Under the pieces are notes generated by a model. That model did no database searches. It worked only from the letters and a program-made list of their open reading frames with translations, and had not been told where the DNA came from. A program made the translations under genes and the position numbers. From an uncultured Planctomycetota bacterium (GTDB lineage: Bacteria; Planctomycetota; Planctomycetia; Isosphaerales; Isosphaeraceae): 64,000 nucleotides of DNA. Shown piece after piece: positions 48,752 to 58,889 of this stretch. The stretch lies in assembly GCA_963823665.1 (NCBI GenBank), contig CAWGMQ010000006.1:800001-864000 (forward strand). The letters are read 5' to 3'. Numbering within the stretch: the first letter of the stretch is position 1; each line of letters opens with the position of its first letter.

Positions 48752-49819
48752 ATGCGTCGCTTCATGAGATTGTTGCTTCATACTTCAGTTCCGTTTCGGG
48801 CGTGCTGGTGCTTTGCGAGCAAATCGAAACACTGCGTTTCCCTGACTTCAATAGTTGCGCTGCTCTCCTGCGCGTACATTGCGTTCGAATCTCGCACCCT
48901 TCTGGCCGCGCAACCCGACAAGGCCCTGAAGCAGCAATTATTGCGTGAAGCGCCGGATGCATGGGGGCGCTGGAAAGAATGGACAGCGCACAGCGAGTCC
49001 GAGTTTTCGGAAGAAGAGCTTCGCCGTTCCTCGCCTGGTAAACCGATATCCTCGATAGTCTTACAATATCATTTACAGGGTACGACGCGCCGACGGCATT
49101 TCTTCAAAACGCTTCCTGATGGGCGTAGGTATGAGGAGATCGCGATTCGGCGTGGCGACCGGTATTTCTTTTATGCCGAGCGATATGATGACGGTCAACT
49201 TAACGTCACGGAGGTTCGTCCTGGCCCGGCACCCGAAGACGAGCGCACTGTTCCGCCGGTTCTGGAGGCACCCTATACGGTCTATTACAGGGACCTCGCG
49301 GAGTTGGTTAAGAATCCACGATTTGTGTTCGACGTTGCCGCGGTGGACGGCAAAGACCCTTCGGAGCGTGTAAGACTGACCTTCAAATATGATCCGAAAG
49401 GCGAACAGATACCGCGCATCCTGGAAGGATGGGTTGAATTGTGTCCGCGAGACGATTGGGCGGTGAGTGAGTTTCTGATCAAACAGCCGAAGGGGAATTT
49501 CATAGGACGGAAAATTCAATACGGCGACGGGAGCGGCCCACAGAAGCCATTGGTGCAAGTCATCACGAGTTATCTTGGGGTCGATGGAAAAGCGCAGGGA
49601 GATCAGTCAGTCGCGCTATTCAAGAAACAACTGCCGTCGCAGAAGCCCGATGAGTTTTTTAGTTTCTCTGCGGTTGGCCTTCCAGAGCCTGAACTGGGTG
49701 AAGACGAATCTCGATGCGGCTCGATCGACGTGCAACCGAAAACGATGAGCCTTCTTTCGCCCGGCGAGTCGAGTCGGGCAGGACTGAATCCTTTTGTTAC
49801 ACCCGTTCGTGCCGAATGA
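48752..49819 (+). CDS. Hypothetical exported protein (visibly lower GC)
   Basis: Long ORF with a hydrophobic N-terminal segment; start uncertain; 3' end overlaps the convergent gene. Confidence 0.6.
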   Translation: MRRFMRLLLHTSVPFRACWCFASKSKHCVSLTSIVALLSCAYIAFESRTLLAAQPDKALKQQLLREAPDAWGRWKEWTAHSESEFSEEELRRSSPGKPISSIVLQYHLQGTTRRRHFFKTLPDGRRYEEIAIRRGDRYFFYAERYDDGQLNVTEVRPGPAPEDERTVPPVLEAPYTVYYRDLAELVKNPRFVFDVAAVDGKDPSERVRLTFKYDPKGEQIPRILEGWVELCPRDDWAVSEFLIKQPKGNFIGRKIQYGDGSGPQKPLVQVITSYLGVDGKAQGDQSVALFKKQLPSQKPDEFFSFSAVGLPEPELGEDESRCGSIDVQPKTMSLLSPGESSRAGLNPFVTPVRAE

Positions 49820-50288
49820 TGTTGAAGTGCTCTTCGATCGAAGGTGGCTCAAAATACGCTGTGATGGCGTCGAACTCGGCGTCAGTCGTCCAGGCAGTGC
49901 CCGCAGGAAGCCCCTTGCTTCGTTCTTTGAGCTGACACTTGCACACAACGTCCAAAGCATCGATGAAATGGAGCTCATGCTTGGCTCCGGCGGCCTCGAT
50001 TAGTTGGCGGAACCAAGCTCGCTGGCTCCTTGTGTTACCTGGGAAATCGAGTACGACCGAAATGCCCTTGGAAAGCAACGAGCAAATGTGGGGCCCCAGG
50101 GCATCCTTGAGCCGGAATGAGTACTTCATGAAGCCCGGGATGTCGACGATTTCTCCGGGGAAAAGCCGCTCCAGGAATTCGTCCTGAACCAGAAGAACAG
50201 CATTTTCTCGCTCAGCGAGCTGTCTCGACAACGTCGACTTGCCAGCGGCCATCTTTCCGCAGAGGAAGAGCAGCTTTCCCTTGCACAT
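49797..50288 (-). CDS. Small P-loop kinase/ATP-binding protein (AAA_33-like)
   Basis: CGKMAAGKST, VVLDFPGNTRSQR, YFEPPSIEE. Confidence 0.85.
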   Translation of the reverse strand: MCKGKLLFLCGKMAAGKSTLSRQLAERENAVLLVQDEFLERLFPGEIVDIPGFMKYSFRLKDALGPHICSLLSKGISVVLDFPGNTRSQRAWFRQLIEAAGAKHELHFIDALDVVCKCQLKERSKGLPAGTAWTTDAEFDAITAYFEPPSIEEHFNIIRHERV

Positions 50289-50297
50289 TTCGTCACC

Positions 50298-50882
50298 TCA
50301 GTATTTTCCCGCTGCGCGGACCATCGCCGCCGCCGATTCTCTGCCGAATTGTTTCTGTATAGCCCTCATCCACCGATACCCTACTTTGATGATTCCCCGC
50401 GGCCGGGAAAACGCGAGGATGTCGTACCATACCCCGCCATCCGCGGGATTCCACTCCACCAGGAACCGCTCCTCACCGATCGCGGGGTGGTCGGGGAGCG
50501 TTCCGTACGCGTAGCCGTACTCGCAGTTTGGTTCTTTTTTAGCATCGATCACATAAATAACCCGGCACGCATTCAGCCACCACAAACCGAACTGATGTGC
50601 CATCACGGCAACGTGGTTCCCGGGCTGGATCGACTCTGTTTCGGCTCGGGCCTCCACCCATCCGAGCCGGAACTGTTCCCACGTCTTGAGCGCGGCTTTG
50701 GCCCGCTCGAAGACCTGCTCTCCCTGCCCAATTTGAACCCTCGTGTGATCCAACACGAAACCGGCGGGCGGTTGCCTCAGCGACCGTGTGGCTCCGACGG
50801 AGCTGTACGTGAAGGCACGCCCGGCCTGCGCCTTCAAGAACTTTGAAACTGTTTCAGGCTCGGGCCGGCGCAGCAAGATCAT
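50298..50882 (-). CDS. DUF1990-family protein
   Basis: FTYSSVGAT, IGQGEQVFERA, NACRVIYV, GYAYGTLPDHPAIGEERF, YDILAFSRP. Confidence 0.85.
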   Translation of the reverse strand: MILLRRPEPETVSKFLKAQAGRAFTYSSVGATRSLRQPPAGFVLDHTRVQIGQGEQVFERAKAALKTWEQFRLGWVEARAETESIQPGNHVAVMAHQFGLWWLNACRVIYVIDAKKEPNCEYGYAYGTLPDHPAIGEERFLVEWNPADGGVWYDILAFSRPRGIIKVGYRWMRAIQKQFGRESAAAMVRAAGKY

Positions 50883-50994
50883 CTGTCGTCCTTGGGACAG
50901 ATTGCCAGGTCAGGATCGGAGGATCATAATCGAGCACGCGACCTCGGTCAAAGGCCGGGCGCGGCTCACCGAAGAGAGGAGCTCGAGACTTACC

Positions 50995-52055
50995 ATGTCT
51001 ATCGACACTTCTGCCCTTGAAGCATTCATGTCCAAGATGGTCGGACACATGACCGGCGGGGCGATCTGCTTCAGCATCTGGCTGGGCGATGAGCTGGGCC
51101 TTTACCATGAGCTGGCGAATAGCGGGCCGCGCACGGCGGAATCTGTCGCCGCGAAGACCGGATGCAACCCCCGAGTCGTCCGCGAATGGCTTGATGGGCA
51201 GGCGGCGGCCGGGCTGGTTGCGTATGACACGACTGGAGACACGTATGAGCTTGGCCCGGAAGCCGCGCTTGCTCTCGCGGATGAAAATTCGCCCGTCTTC
51301 GTGGCCCGGGGGATGAACACGCTGGGCTCCATGTTCATGGACATGCAGAAGATCGCGGCCGCATTCCGGAGCGACGGAGCCATGAGCTGGGGCGAGCACC
51401 ACCCCTGCCTCTTTGCCGGAACCGAGTGGTTCTTCCGCACTGGATACCGCGCTCACCTGTCGAACTCATGGATTCCCTCCCTGGACGGCGTCGCCGCCAA
51501 GCTCAAGACCGGCGCTCGCGTCGCGGATGTCGGCTGCGGTCACGGCGCCTCTTCGGTGGCAATGGCGATCGCGTACCCGAACTCGACGATCCACGGATTC
51601 GATTTTCACCCTCCCTCGATCGAGACCTCACGCGCCCGCGCTCGCGACGCCGGCGTGGGCGACCGCACGAGCTTTGAGGTCGCCTCGGCCACGAATTACA
51701 CCGGCGAGTTCGACCTGATCTGCTTCTTCGATTGCCTTCACGACATGGGTGATCCCGTCGGGGCCGCGCGGCACGCGCGCGAGCATCTCCTTCCCGGCGG
51801 CACGGTCATGCTGGTCGAGCCCTTCGCGCTCGACTCGCGCCGCAGAACATCGCGGAAAACCCGATGGCTGCCCTGTTCTATGTGGCGTCTTCCTGCGTCT
51901 GCACGCCCAACTCGCTTTCGCAAAACGTCGGCCTTGCCCTGGGCGCCCAGGCCGGCGAGGCCAAGCTCCGTGAGGTATTCCATGAAGCCGGATTCAGCCA
52001 CTTCCGGCGCACCAGCCAGACGCCGATGAATCTAGTACTCGAAGCGAGGGTGTGA
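50995..52055 (+). CDS. SAM-dependent methyltransferase with N-terminal wHTH (Rv2258c-like); frameshift near 51840
   Basis: LGDELGLY, VREWL, VADVGCGHG, FFDCLHDMGDP; C-terminus CTPNSLSQ...LGAQAGE...TPMNLVLEAR in the other frame. Confidence 0.88.
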
Positions 52056-52059
52056 CGCG

Positions 52060-52506
52060 ATGGACCCGCTCAAGTCGGTGAGGTCGCTGGATCCGGCGAA
52101 GCAGGCATTCTCTCTGTTCGACGAATTCAAGGTATTCGCGTTCAAGGGGAACGTCGTCGATCTGGCTGTCGGCGTGATCATCGGCGCCGCCTTCGGCAAG
52201 ATCGTCGATTCACTGGTCAAGCAAATCATCATGCCCTTGATCAGCGTCGTCCTGCCCGGTAACCGGGGCTATCTCGACTGGAAGTGGGTCATCAACGGCA
52301 AGGAGATCCCCTACGGCCATTTCCTCGGTGAAGTCGTCAACTTTCTGATCGTGGCATTGGCGTTGTTCCTGTTCATCGTGAAGTTCCTCGGCTGGTTGAT
52401 GCACACCAAGAAGAACGACGTGGCCGCGGCCCCGCCGTTGACGAAAGACCAGGAGCTCCTGGCCGAGATCCGCGACCTTCTGAAGCAGCGCGAGGCCGAG
52501 GTCTGA
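52060..52506 (+). CDS. mscL: Large-conductance mechanosensitive channel
   Basis: EFKVFAFKGNVVDLAVGVIIGAAFGKIVDSLV, ELLAEIRDLL. Confidence 0.96.
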   Translation: MDPLKSVRSLDPAKQAFSLFDEFKVFAFKGNVVDLAVGVIIGAAFGKIVDSLVKQIIMPLISVVLPGNRGYLDWKWVINGKEIPYGHFLGEVVNFLIVALALFLFIVKFLGWLMHTKKNDVAAAPPLTKDQELLAEIRDLLKQREAEV

Positions 52507-52528
52507 TCGGAGAACGGAGAGGACACAG

Positions 52529-53883
52529 ATGGACGACGCGCGTACCGCCTTCATCAAAGCCGCCTGCGTCCCGCTTGAAAGCTGGCACGCCTCCGGCACG
52601 CTCGAGCAGGCAGCAGCGATCCTTGCCGCGCACCCCGAGGTCGCCCTCGCTGATATTCACACGGCCGCGATTCTGGGTGATGAGGCGGCGGTCCGGCGAG
52701 TCCTCGCCGCCGACCCGGCCTCCGCGACGGTCAAGGGCGGCCCGTACGAATGGGACGCGCTCACGCACCTTTGCTTCTCGCGATACCTCCGGCTTGATCG
52801 CAACCGTTCCGGCGGTTTTGTGCGAGCGGCCGAGGCGCTGCTGGACGCCGGGGCGAGCCCGAATACCGGCTGGTTCGAGACGAACCATCAGTCCAAGCCC
52901 GAATGGGAAAGCGCGATCTACGGCGCCGCCGGGATTGCTCACCACGCCGAGCTGACTCGTTTGCTGCTTGGCGCGGTGCCGATCCGAATGACAATGAAGC
53001 CCCGTATCACGCGCCGGAAGGATACGACAACTCGGCCCTACATGTCCTGGTCGAGAGCGGTAAGCTCACCGCCGACAGCCTGACGACCATGCTGCTCCGC
53101 AAGGCCGACTGGCATGACTACGAAGGCATCAAGTACCTCCTCGAGCACGGTGCCGACCCGAATCGCATGACCGGCTGGAATCACACGGGTTTCCATCAAG
53201 CCCTGCTGCGAGACAACGCAATCAGGAACATCGAGGTGATGCTCGATCACGGCGCGAATCCGACGATCGCCACGCGTTCCGAGAACCGATCGGCCATTTC
53301 CATCGCGGCGCACCGCGGCCGCGGTGACGTGCTGGATTTGCTCGAGCGTCGCGGCTTTGCGATCAAGCTGCCGGACTCCGAGCGCCTGATCGCCGCCTGC
53401 GCCCGGAACGACGGCGCAACGGTCCTGTCGATCGCCGAGGGCACGCCCTGGGTCGTCGAGGATCTGCTCGCCGAAGGCGGGGCGCTCTTGGCCAGGTTCG
53501 CGGGAAACGGAAACACGGACGGACTGCGACATCTTCTGCATCTCGGTGTGAGCGTGGCCGCACTCGATGACGAGGGCGATCCGTATTTTGAGGTCGCTCG
53601 CGGCAGCACAGCGCTGCACGTTGCCGCGTGGCGCGCGCGGCACGATACCGTTCGTTTCTTGGTCGAACGAGGTGCTCCCGTCAACGCGCTCGACGGCAAG
53701 GGCCGCACGGCGCTGGCGCTGGCCGTCAAGGCGTGTGTCGCTTCGTACTGGACGGACCGGCGCTCACCCGAATCGGTCAAGACGCTGCTCGCGGCGGGTG
53801 CAGTGACGACCGGCATCGCGCTTCCCTCGGGCTACGCGGAAATTGACGAGCTGCTCGAGCAGCATGACGTTTCAAAAATGTGA
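52529..53883 (+). CDS. Ankyrin-repeat protein; frameshift near 52970
   Basis: DIHTAAILGD, LLDAGASPN, then RGADPND, LLEHGADPN, STALHVAAW, GRTALALAV. Confidence 0.85.
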
Positions 53884-53893
53884 GATATCGTCC

Positions 53894-55508
53894 ATGTTCC
53901 AGCCCGACGAGCTGAAGAAGAACGAGCGGCTGTTGTGGTCGACCGGCACGTGCACGGACGTCTGGCAAATGTTCTGCGCCGCAATGAAGGGCGATTTGCA
54001 GGCCATCGAGGCCCTGCTGAAAGCGCGATCCATCGCTTGCGCGGTGTCAATATAATTACCGCACGCCGCTCGATTTTGCGGTCCGGGAAAACCAGGTCGC
54101 CGCCGCCTCGCTCCTGCTGGACCTCAGCACCGATCCGATCGGTCTCTCGTTCAAGGAGAGTCTCCTTGAAATCTGCCGCGACCGCGGATATTCCGCGATG
54201 GTGACTCTGCTCGAGTCCAAGCTCTTGACCGCGCACAATGCGTCGCCCGCCGGCGAGCCGGTTGCCGCGGCGATCCGCGCACGCGACCTGCCAAAGGTGC
54301 GCAGTCTGCTCGACGCCTCGCCCGAGCTGGTGCACGCGGGCGACGCGCGGTCGAACCAGCCCATCCACTGGGCGGTGATGACCCGGCAGATCGACATGAT
54401 CGATGAGCTGTCGGCGCGTGGTGCGGATCTGAGCGCGCGGCGTTTCGATGGTGCGCGTCCGATCCAGCTCACGAGCGGCGACTACAACTTTCGGGGCTGG
54501 CGTGATGTTCCTGAAAGCGTCACGACCACGCCCGCGGAAGTGCTCGCGCACCTGCGCGGCTGCGGCGCGTACGTCGACATTTGCACGGCCGCGAGCATCG
54601 GCGATCTGGATCGCGTGCGCGAGCTGGCGGACCACGACCCTACCTTTGTCAACCGCGTCTCGGAATACGTCACGTACTACATCGGGTCGGGGTCGCCGCT
54701 GCGAAATGCGGCGGCGCGCGGCCACATCGAGATCGTGAAGTTCTTGCTCGACCGCGGCGCCGATCCCAATCTGCCCGAGGAAGGCATCGCTCCGCGCGGC
54801 CATGCCTTGTACTCGGCGGTGTACAACGGCCACCATGAAATCGCCAAGCTGTTGCTCGAGCATGGCGCGTTTCCCAGCCCGCCGGTGGAAAGCTCCGCCG
54901 ACGCGCTGTCGATTGCGATCAAGAACAACGACCAGACGATGATCGACCTGTTGGTTTCGTATGGCTCGGCGAGGACGGTGAATCTGCTCGCGTATTACGG
55001 CGATGTCGCCACCGCGGCTGCGGTTTTCGCGGCCAATCCCGCGCTGGCGGATGACACCGTGGCGTTTGCGCATGCGGCCGAAGAAGGCCAGGAATCGTTC
55101 CTTCGTTTGATGCTGCGATATCAGCCCGACCTGCCGATGCGAGTCGCGGTAGACGGCAAGACTCGCGAGCTCAGCGAGCTGCTTTTCGCGCACGGCATGA
55201 ATCCAAGCGGGCCGGACTGGCTGGGCGTGACCCCCCTGCACCGTTTCGCCAGGCGCGGCGACGTGGATAAAGCCACTCTGTTCATCGACCACGGCGCCGA
55301 CCTACACGCCCGCGATGACGATTTCTGCTCAACGCCGCTGGGCTGGGCGGCAAAGTATGGGAGAAAGGAGATGGCAGAGCTGCTTCTGAGCCGCGGCGCC
55401 AGAACGAACCTGACCGATGACCCGCCGTGGGCCATGCCTCTGGCGTGGGCAATCCGGCGCGGGCATGTGGAGATCGCGGAGTTGCTGAAGCGACATGGGG
55501 CGGTGTGA
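53894..55508 (+). CDS. Ankyrin-repeat protein; frameshift near 54020
   Basis: MFQPDELK...LL then KRDPSLARCQYNYRTPLDFAVREN in frame with ORF 54198..55508 (SPLRNAAARGH, TPLHRFA, TPLGWAAKYG). Confidence 0.85.
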
Positions 55509-56296
55509 TGAGCAGCACGAATCGGCTCCCTGAACGCGTGCCATCTATCGTTTCGCCGGTCAGCCGACGTCTCGCCGTAGCCGACGCAGCGCGAAGTCTG
55601 GCGTTTTACCGCGACGTGCTGGGGTTCGAAATTCGCTGCGTTCGCGAGGAAAATGGCGTTCCGGCCCACGTTGAGGTTGTTTCCGGACCGGCGAAGATCG
55701 AGCTCGGGTTGGCCGACGCCGCACCTGACAGCACTGGCCAGTCACGGCCGCGCGGGTCGGCGATCCTGTATTTCCAGACTGACGATATTGTCGCGATGCA
55801 CGAAGCCTTGATCGCGCGGGGTGGAGATCCGTCGGAGATCGCGAAGGTGAACTGGATCAAGATGAGCATGTTCGAGATCCGCGATCCGGACGGCCACTCG
55901 CTGTGGTTCGGCCAATCGTTTCAGCAGCCATCGTCGGCCGTCGACCACAAGACGCAGCTCCGAAAGGCTTTGCCCGAGCTGCCTGTAGAAGACGTGCCCG
56001 CGGCCGTGGCGTATTACCGCGACGTGCTGGGTTTCAACGTGAATTATGCGCAGCATGACATTGGCGTGATGGACCGCGATGCCGTCACGGTGTTGCTGAT
56101 CGCCAGAACCGCGCAGCACACGGGAATCGGCTCGTGCTACATCTACATCCGCGACGCCGACGCCCTCCACGCCGAGCTCGTGGCGAAGGGCGCGAACGTG
56201 CAGGGTGAGCCTGTCAGTCACCCCTGGGGGCTACGCGATTTCGATGTGCTAGACATGGCCGGCAACAGGCTCCGTTTCGGGCAGACGTTTGAGTAA
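55508..56296 (+). CDS. Tandem VOC/glyoxalase (bleomycin-resistance-like) domain protein
   Basis: Two copies of FYRDVLGF/YYRDVLGF...DPDGH/DMAGNRL; PWGLRDF. Confidence 0.88.
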   Translation: MSSTNRLPERVPSIVSPVSRRLAVADAARSLAFYRDVLGFEIRCVREENGVPAHVEVVSGPAKIELGLADAAPDSTGQSRPRGSAILYFQTDDIVAMHEALIARGGDPSEIAKVNWIKMSMFEIRDPDGHSLWFGQSFQQPSSAVDHKTQLRKALPELPVEDVPAAVAYYRDVLGFNVNYAQHDIGVMDRDAVTVLLIARTAQHTGIGSCYIYIRDADALHAELVAKGANVQGEPVSHPWGLRDFDVLDMAGNRLRFGQTFE

Positions 56297-57374
56297 CCCT
56301 GTCATTCCTTCCGTTGTAGCAGATCAAACCCCCGGTCAACCTCCGGGAAACACCTCGCGATCGCGCCCGAGCCAAGCCCGCCACAGATTCACCATCCTTG
56401 ACAACCTGTTGTTGATCGCCGGCTTCGGTTGCGGCTTTTTCCTGCATCAAAACTCGGCGTTCAGGCACCGCGTCTATTATTACTTTACCATTGCCGATTC
56501 ATTCCGCTCGGCCCTCGGCTCCAGCTTGATCGGCGGGTTCTGGGCTCTTGTCGTCGGTTTGGTCTTCGTGATCGTGGCACGCTGCTTTCGCTATCGCAGC
56601 CGGGTTCGTCCGGCGGAATGGCTCGCGGTCTTGCTAGCGATACTGCTCGCCGAATCCGCAGTCGCGGCGATGTTGCAGGTCGGCCAGGGCGGTTCCCATG
56701 CGGTGTTTGTCCGGGCGAATTCGCGTTACGCCGGCACTCCGCTTCTCTACCGACTCACACCGCACGACACCGATGTCTTTCGAGCGCGATCGAAAGCGTT
56801 TTCGGGAGAGGCGACGGCCGCGTGGATCATCGTCGCACTCATCGGTTGCCGGCTCCGCAAACGGATGGGGCCTGGCCCGTTCGCGATCCTGTTGATCGCC
56901 CTCGCGAGTCTTTTCCTGCTCGGCCCGGTCCGATGGCTCGAGCTGTTGTCAACCGAATACACTGGAGCGCAACCGATTCCTGTGTGGGCGGTGCGGCCGA
57001 CAACGATCATTCCGGAAGTGAATATCCGAATATCCTTGTATCGAGATGCCCACGCCTGGCTCGCTTACTCGCTTCGCGTTCTGCTCATCTGGTCCGTCGC
57101 GATCATCGCGACGGCGGACTTGTGGAAGCGCCGGCGCGTCCGTTCCCCGCTCGAGCTCGCCGCGTTCGCCTCGGCCCTTGCAATCGCTTGCTGCTGGCTC
57201 GCCGACGAGTTCCTCACCCGCCCCGCGCTCGATCGCGTGGAACACGTCCTTGTGCTGAGTGCCTGGCTGGTCGTGCTCGGTCTCCTGGCGGCGGGATCGG
57301 TCGCCGCCTGGGCCAAATTGAAACCTCGATTGCGGACCATCTTTCCCAGCCCGATCGCTCAATCCGGCTTCTGA
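56289..57374 (+). CDS. Hypothetical multi-pass membrane protein
   Basis: HRFTILDNLLLIAG N-terminus, about 8 hydrophobic segments, start overlaps the VOC stop. Confidence 0.7.
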   Translation: MSNPVIPSVVADQTPGQPPGNTSRSRPSQARHRFTILDNLLLIAGFGCGFFLHQNSAFRHRVYYYFTIADSFRSALGSSLIGGFWALVVGLVFVIVARCFRYRSRVRPAEWLAVLLAILLAESAVAAMLQVGQGGSHAVFVRANSRYAGTPLLYRLTPHDTDVFRARSKAFSGEATAAWIIVALIGCRLRKRMGPGPFAILLIALASLFLLGPVRWLELLSTEYTGAQPIPVWAVRPTTIIPEVNIRISLYRDAHAWLAYSLRVLLIWSVAIIATADLWKRRRVRSPLELAAFASALAIACCWLADEFLTRPALDRVEHVLVLSAWLVVLGLLAAGSVAAWAKLKPRLRTIFPSPIAQSGF

Positions 57375-57500
57375 GCCGCGCCCTGCGCCGGCGCTGCGGC
57401 CAGCGATTTCACTCGGGCTCGGGCTTTTTCGAGTAATGGCTGCGGTGTGATCTTGGCGGACTCGATTGTGTTGAGGGTCTCGTTCAGAAGGGACCTCGTC

Positions 57501-57980
57501 TCACCACCACGCCCAGCTTGTCCATAAGAACAGCATCATATTCACGGTGATCGTCAGGCACCAGAAGAGCGGCCAGCGCGGGGGGATTTTGTGCCTGGCG
57601 GACCGGCGGAAGAGCTCTCCGCCCATGATTGCCACGCTGGCGAGGACGTTCGCGGCCGAAAGCCAGAGGGGCGCCCGCGGCAGGCACAGATTGGCAATCG
57701 CCGCCGGCAGAAGCGCGAGAGAGCCGATCAAGCAAATACGCCCGAGGTCGCCCCAGTAAAGGCGCCGCTTCAAGGAAGGCAGCAACAAGCCCGATGCGCC
57801 CAACTGCACCACCCACGTGAAGCACGGGACGATCACCCCTACCTTCAACACTTCCGGCAAACCGGCATGCACCGCCAAGCGCGCAAGTGAGCCCGAGAAG
57901 ATCGCCGTGACGGCCCCGCCGGCGGCAAACCACGCGGCGGTCGAAATCAAGGAGTATCCGCGAGCTGACTCAGCGGTCAC
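57501..57980 (-). CDS. Hypothetical membrane protein
   Basis: About 5 hydrophobic helices; GTG 57980 lies just after the corrected stop of the upstream gene. Confidence 0.6.
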   Translation of the reverse strand: MTAESARGYSLISTAAWFAAGGAVTAIFSGSLARLAVHAGLPEVLKVGVIVPCFTWVVQLGASGLLLPSLKRRLYWGDLGRICLIGSLALLPAAIANLCLPRAPLWLSAANVLASVAIMGGELFRRSARHKIPPRWPLFWCLTITVNMMLFLWTSWAWW

Positions 57981-57984
57981 GATT

Positions 57985-58621
57985 TCACCCCAACCTCGCT
58001 GTCTCATGCAGTCCCGGCACAAACCCCGCGCGGATCGCTTCCACCGTGGATAAAGGCGTCAGCAAAAGGACCCGCGCCCGCGCTGCGCGGCACCCGCTTG
58101 CCATACCCGCCCGGCGACCACTCGAGCAAGCTTTGTACCTGGATCAAGAAAGCGTTATCCGGGCGTCCGACAAGGGACACGAACACGCCGTCGGGAAGCT
58201 CGTCGAGCGGTGCCGCGATGAGCCGCTTCGAGCCGTCATCGTTGATTCGATCGCTGTGGAGCCGTGCGTCGATGAACTCCGCGGAGAGCCTCTCCGAGGG
58301 CAAACAGTGCGGGTTGCCCGCGGCCCAAGCGGCGCGATACTCCTCGTAGCGAGCCCGCAGACACTCGGCACACGGGCGATGGCCCGCGGCGAGCGCCGTG
58401 GCTTCATCCAGAAAAAAAAGCTCGGTGTAACGCCCGGGCGCCATCACCTGACGATGGCGTCCCTTGAACTCAAGCACGCAATGGATCCATCGCTTGAGCC
58501 GCCAATCCCGTCGGATTTGCTGATGCTCGTCATGCAAAAGCCCGCGGTTGCCCATCAGCGTGCCGCGCTCGGGCGTGGCGATGATGGTTCCGAAGGGCGT
58601 GACTCGGTTCTGTCTGGGCAT
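57985..58621 (-). CDS. Conserved hypothetical protein with Ada-metal-binding-like motif; frameshift near 58075
   Basis: MPRQNRVTPFG...MGNRG...YTELFFLDEATALAAGHRPCAEC; the other frame gives RVLLLTPLSTVEAIRAGFVPGLH..* ending at 57985. Confidence 0.75.
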
Positions 58622-58750
58622 TCGATCCGCCTCTTCAATCGCGTGATTGGCCAAACGATCGTTCCGAGCAAGCGTAGACGCTCACGCCGAACGATTTCAA
58701 CGCAGTTTCGTCTGCCCGTGGCCAGCTCTGGATATCATTTGAGCTATTTA

Positions 58751-58783
58751 TTGATTATCCTTAAAAACTCAGAGGATTATCAA
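58751..58783. promoter_or_regulatory. AT-rich imperfect inverted repeat (candidate operator)
   Basis: ttgattatcct-N11-aggattatcaa (10/11 complementary) in a divergent intergenic region. Confidence 0.4.
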
Positions 58784-58889
58784 AAATAATCACAAGATGA
58801 TCGGCCCTTTCTAGCGGTGATCTCGATCGTGTGGGAAGACGACAGAAAATCGCGGCGATCGTCTCCGGCCTCCGCGACAGGACCGATTC

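Noticed and set aside
49700..49819. Truncated DUF1573-like domain at the end of the 48752..49819 gene (CGS...SPGES)
   Set aside because: The resemblance rests on a few residues and needs a profile search.
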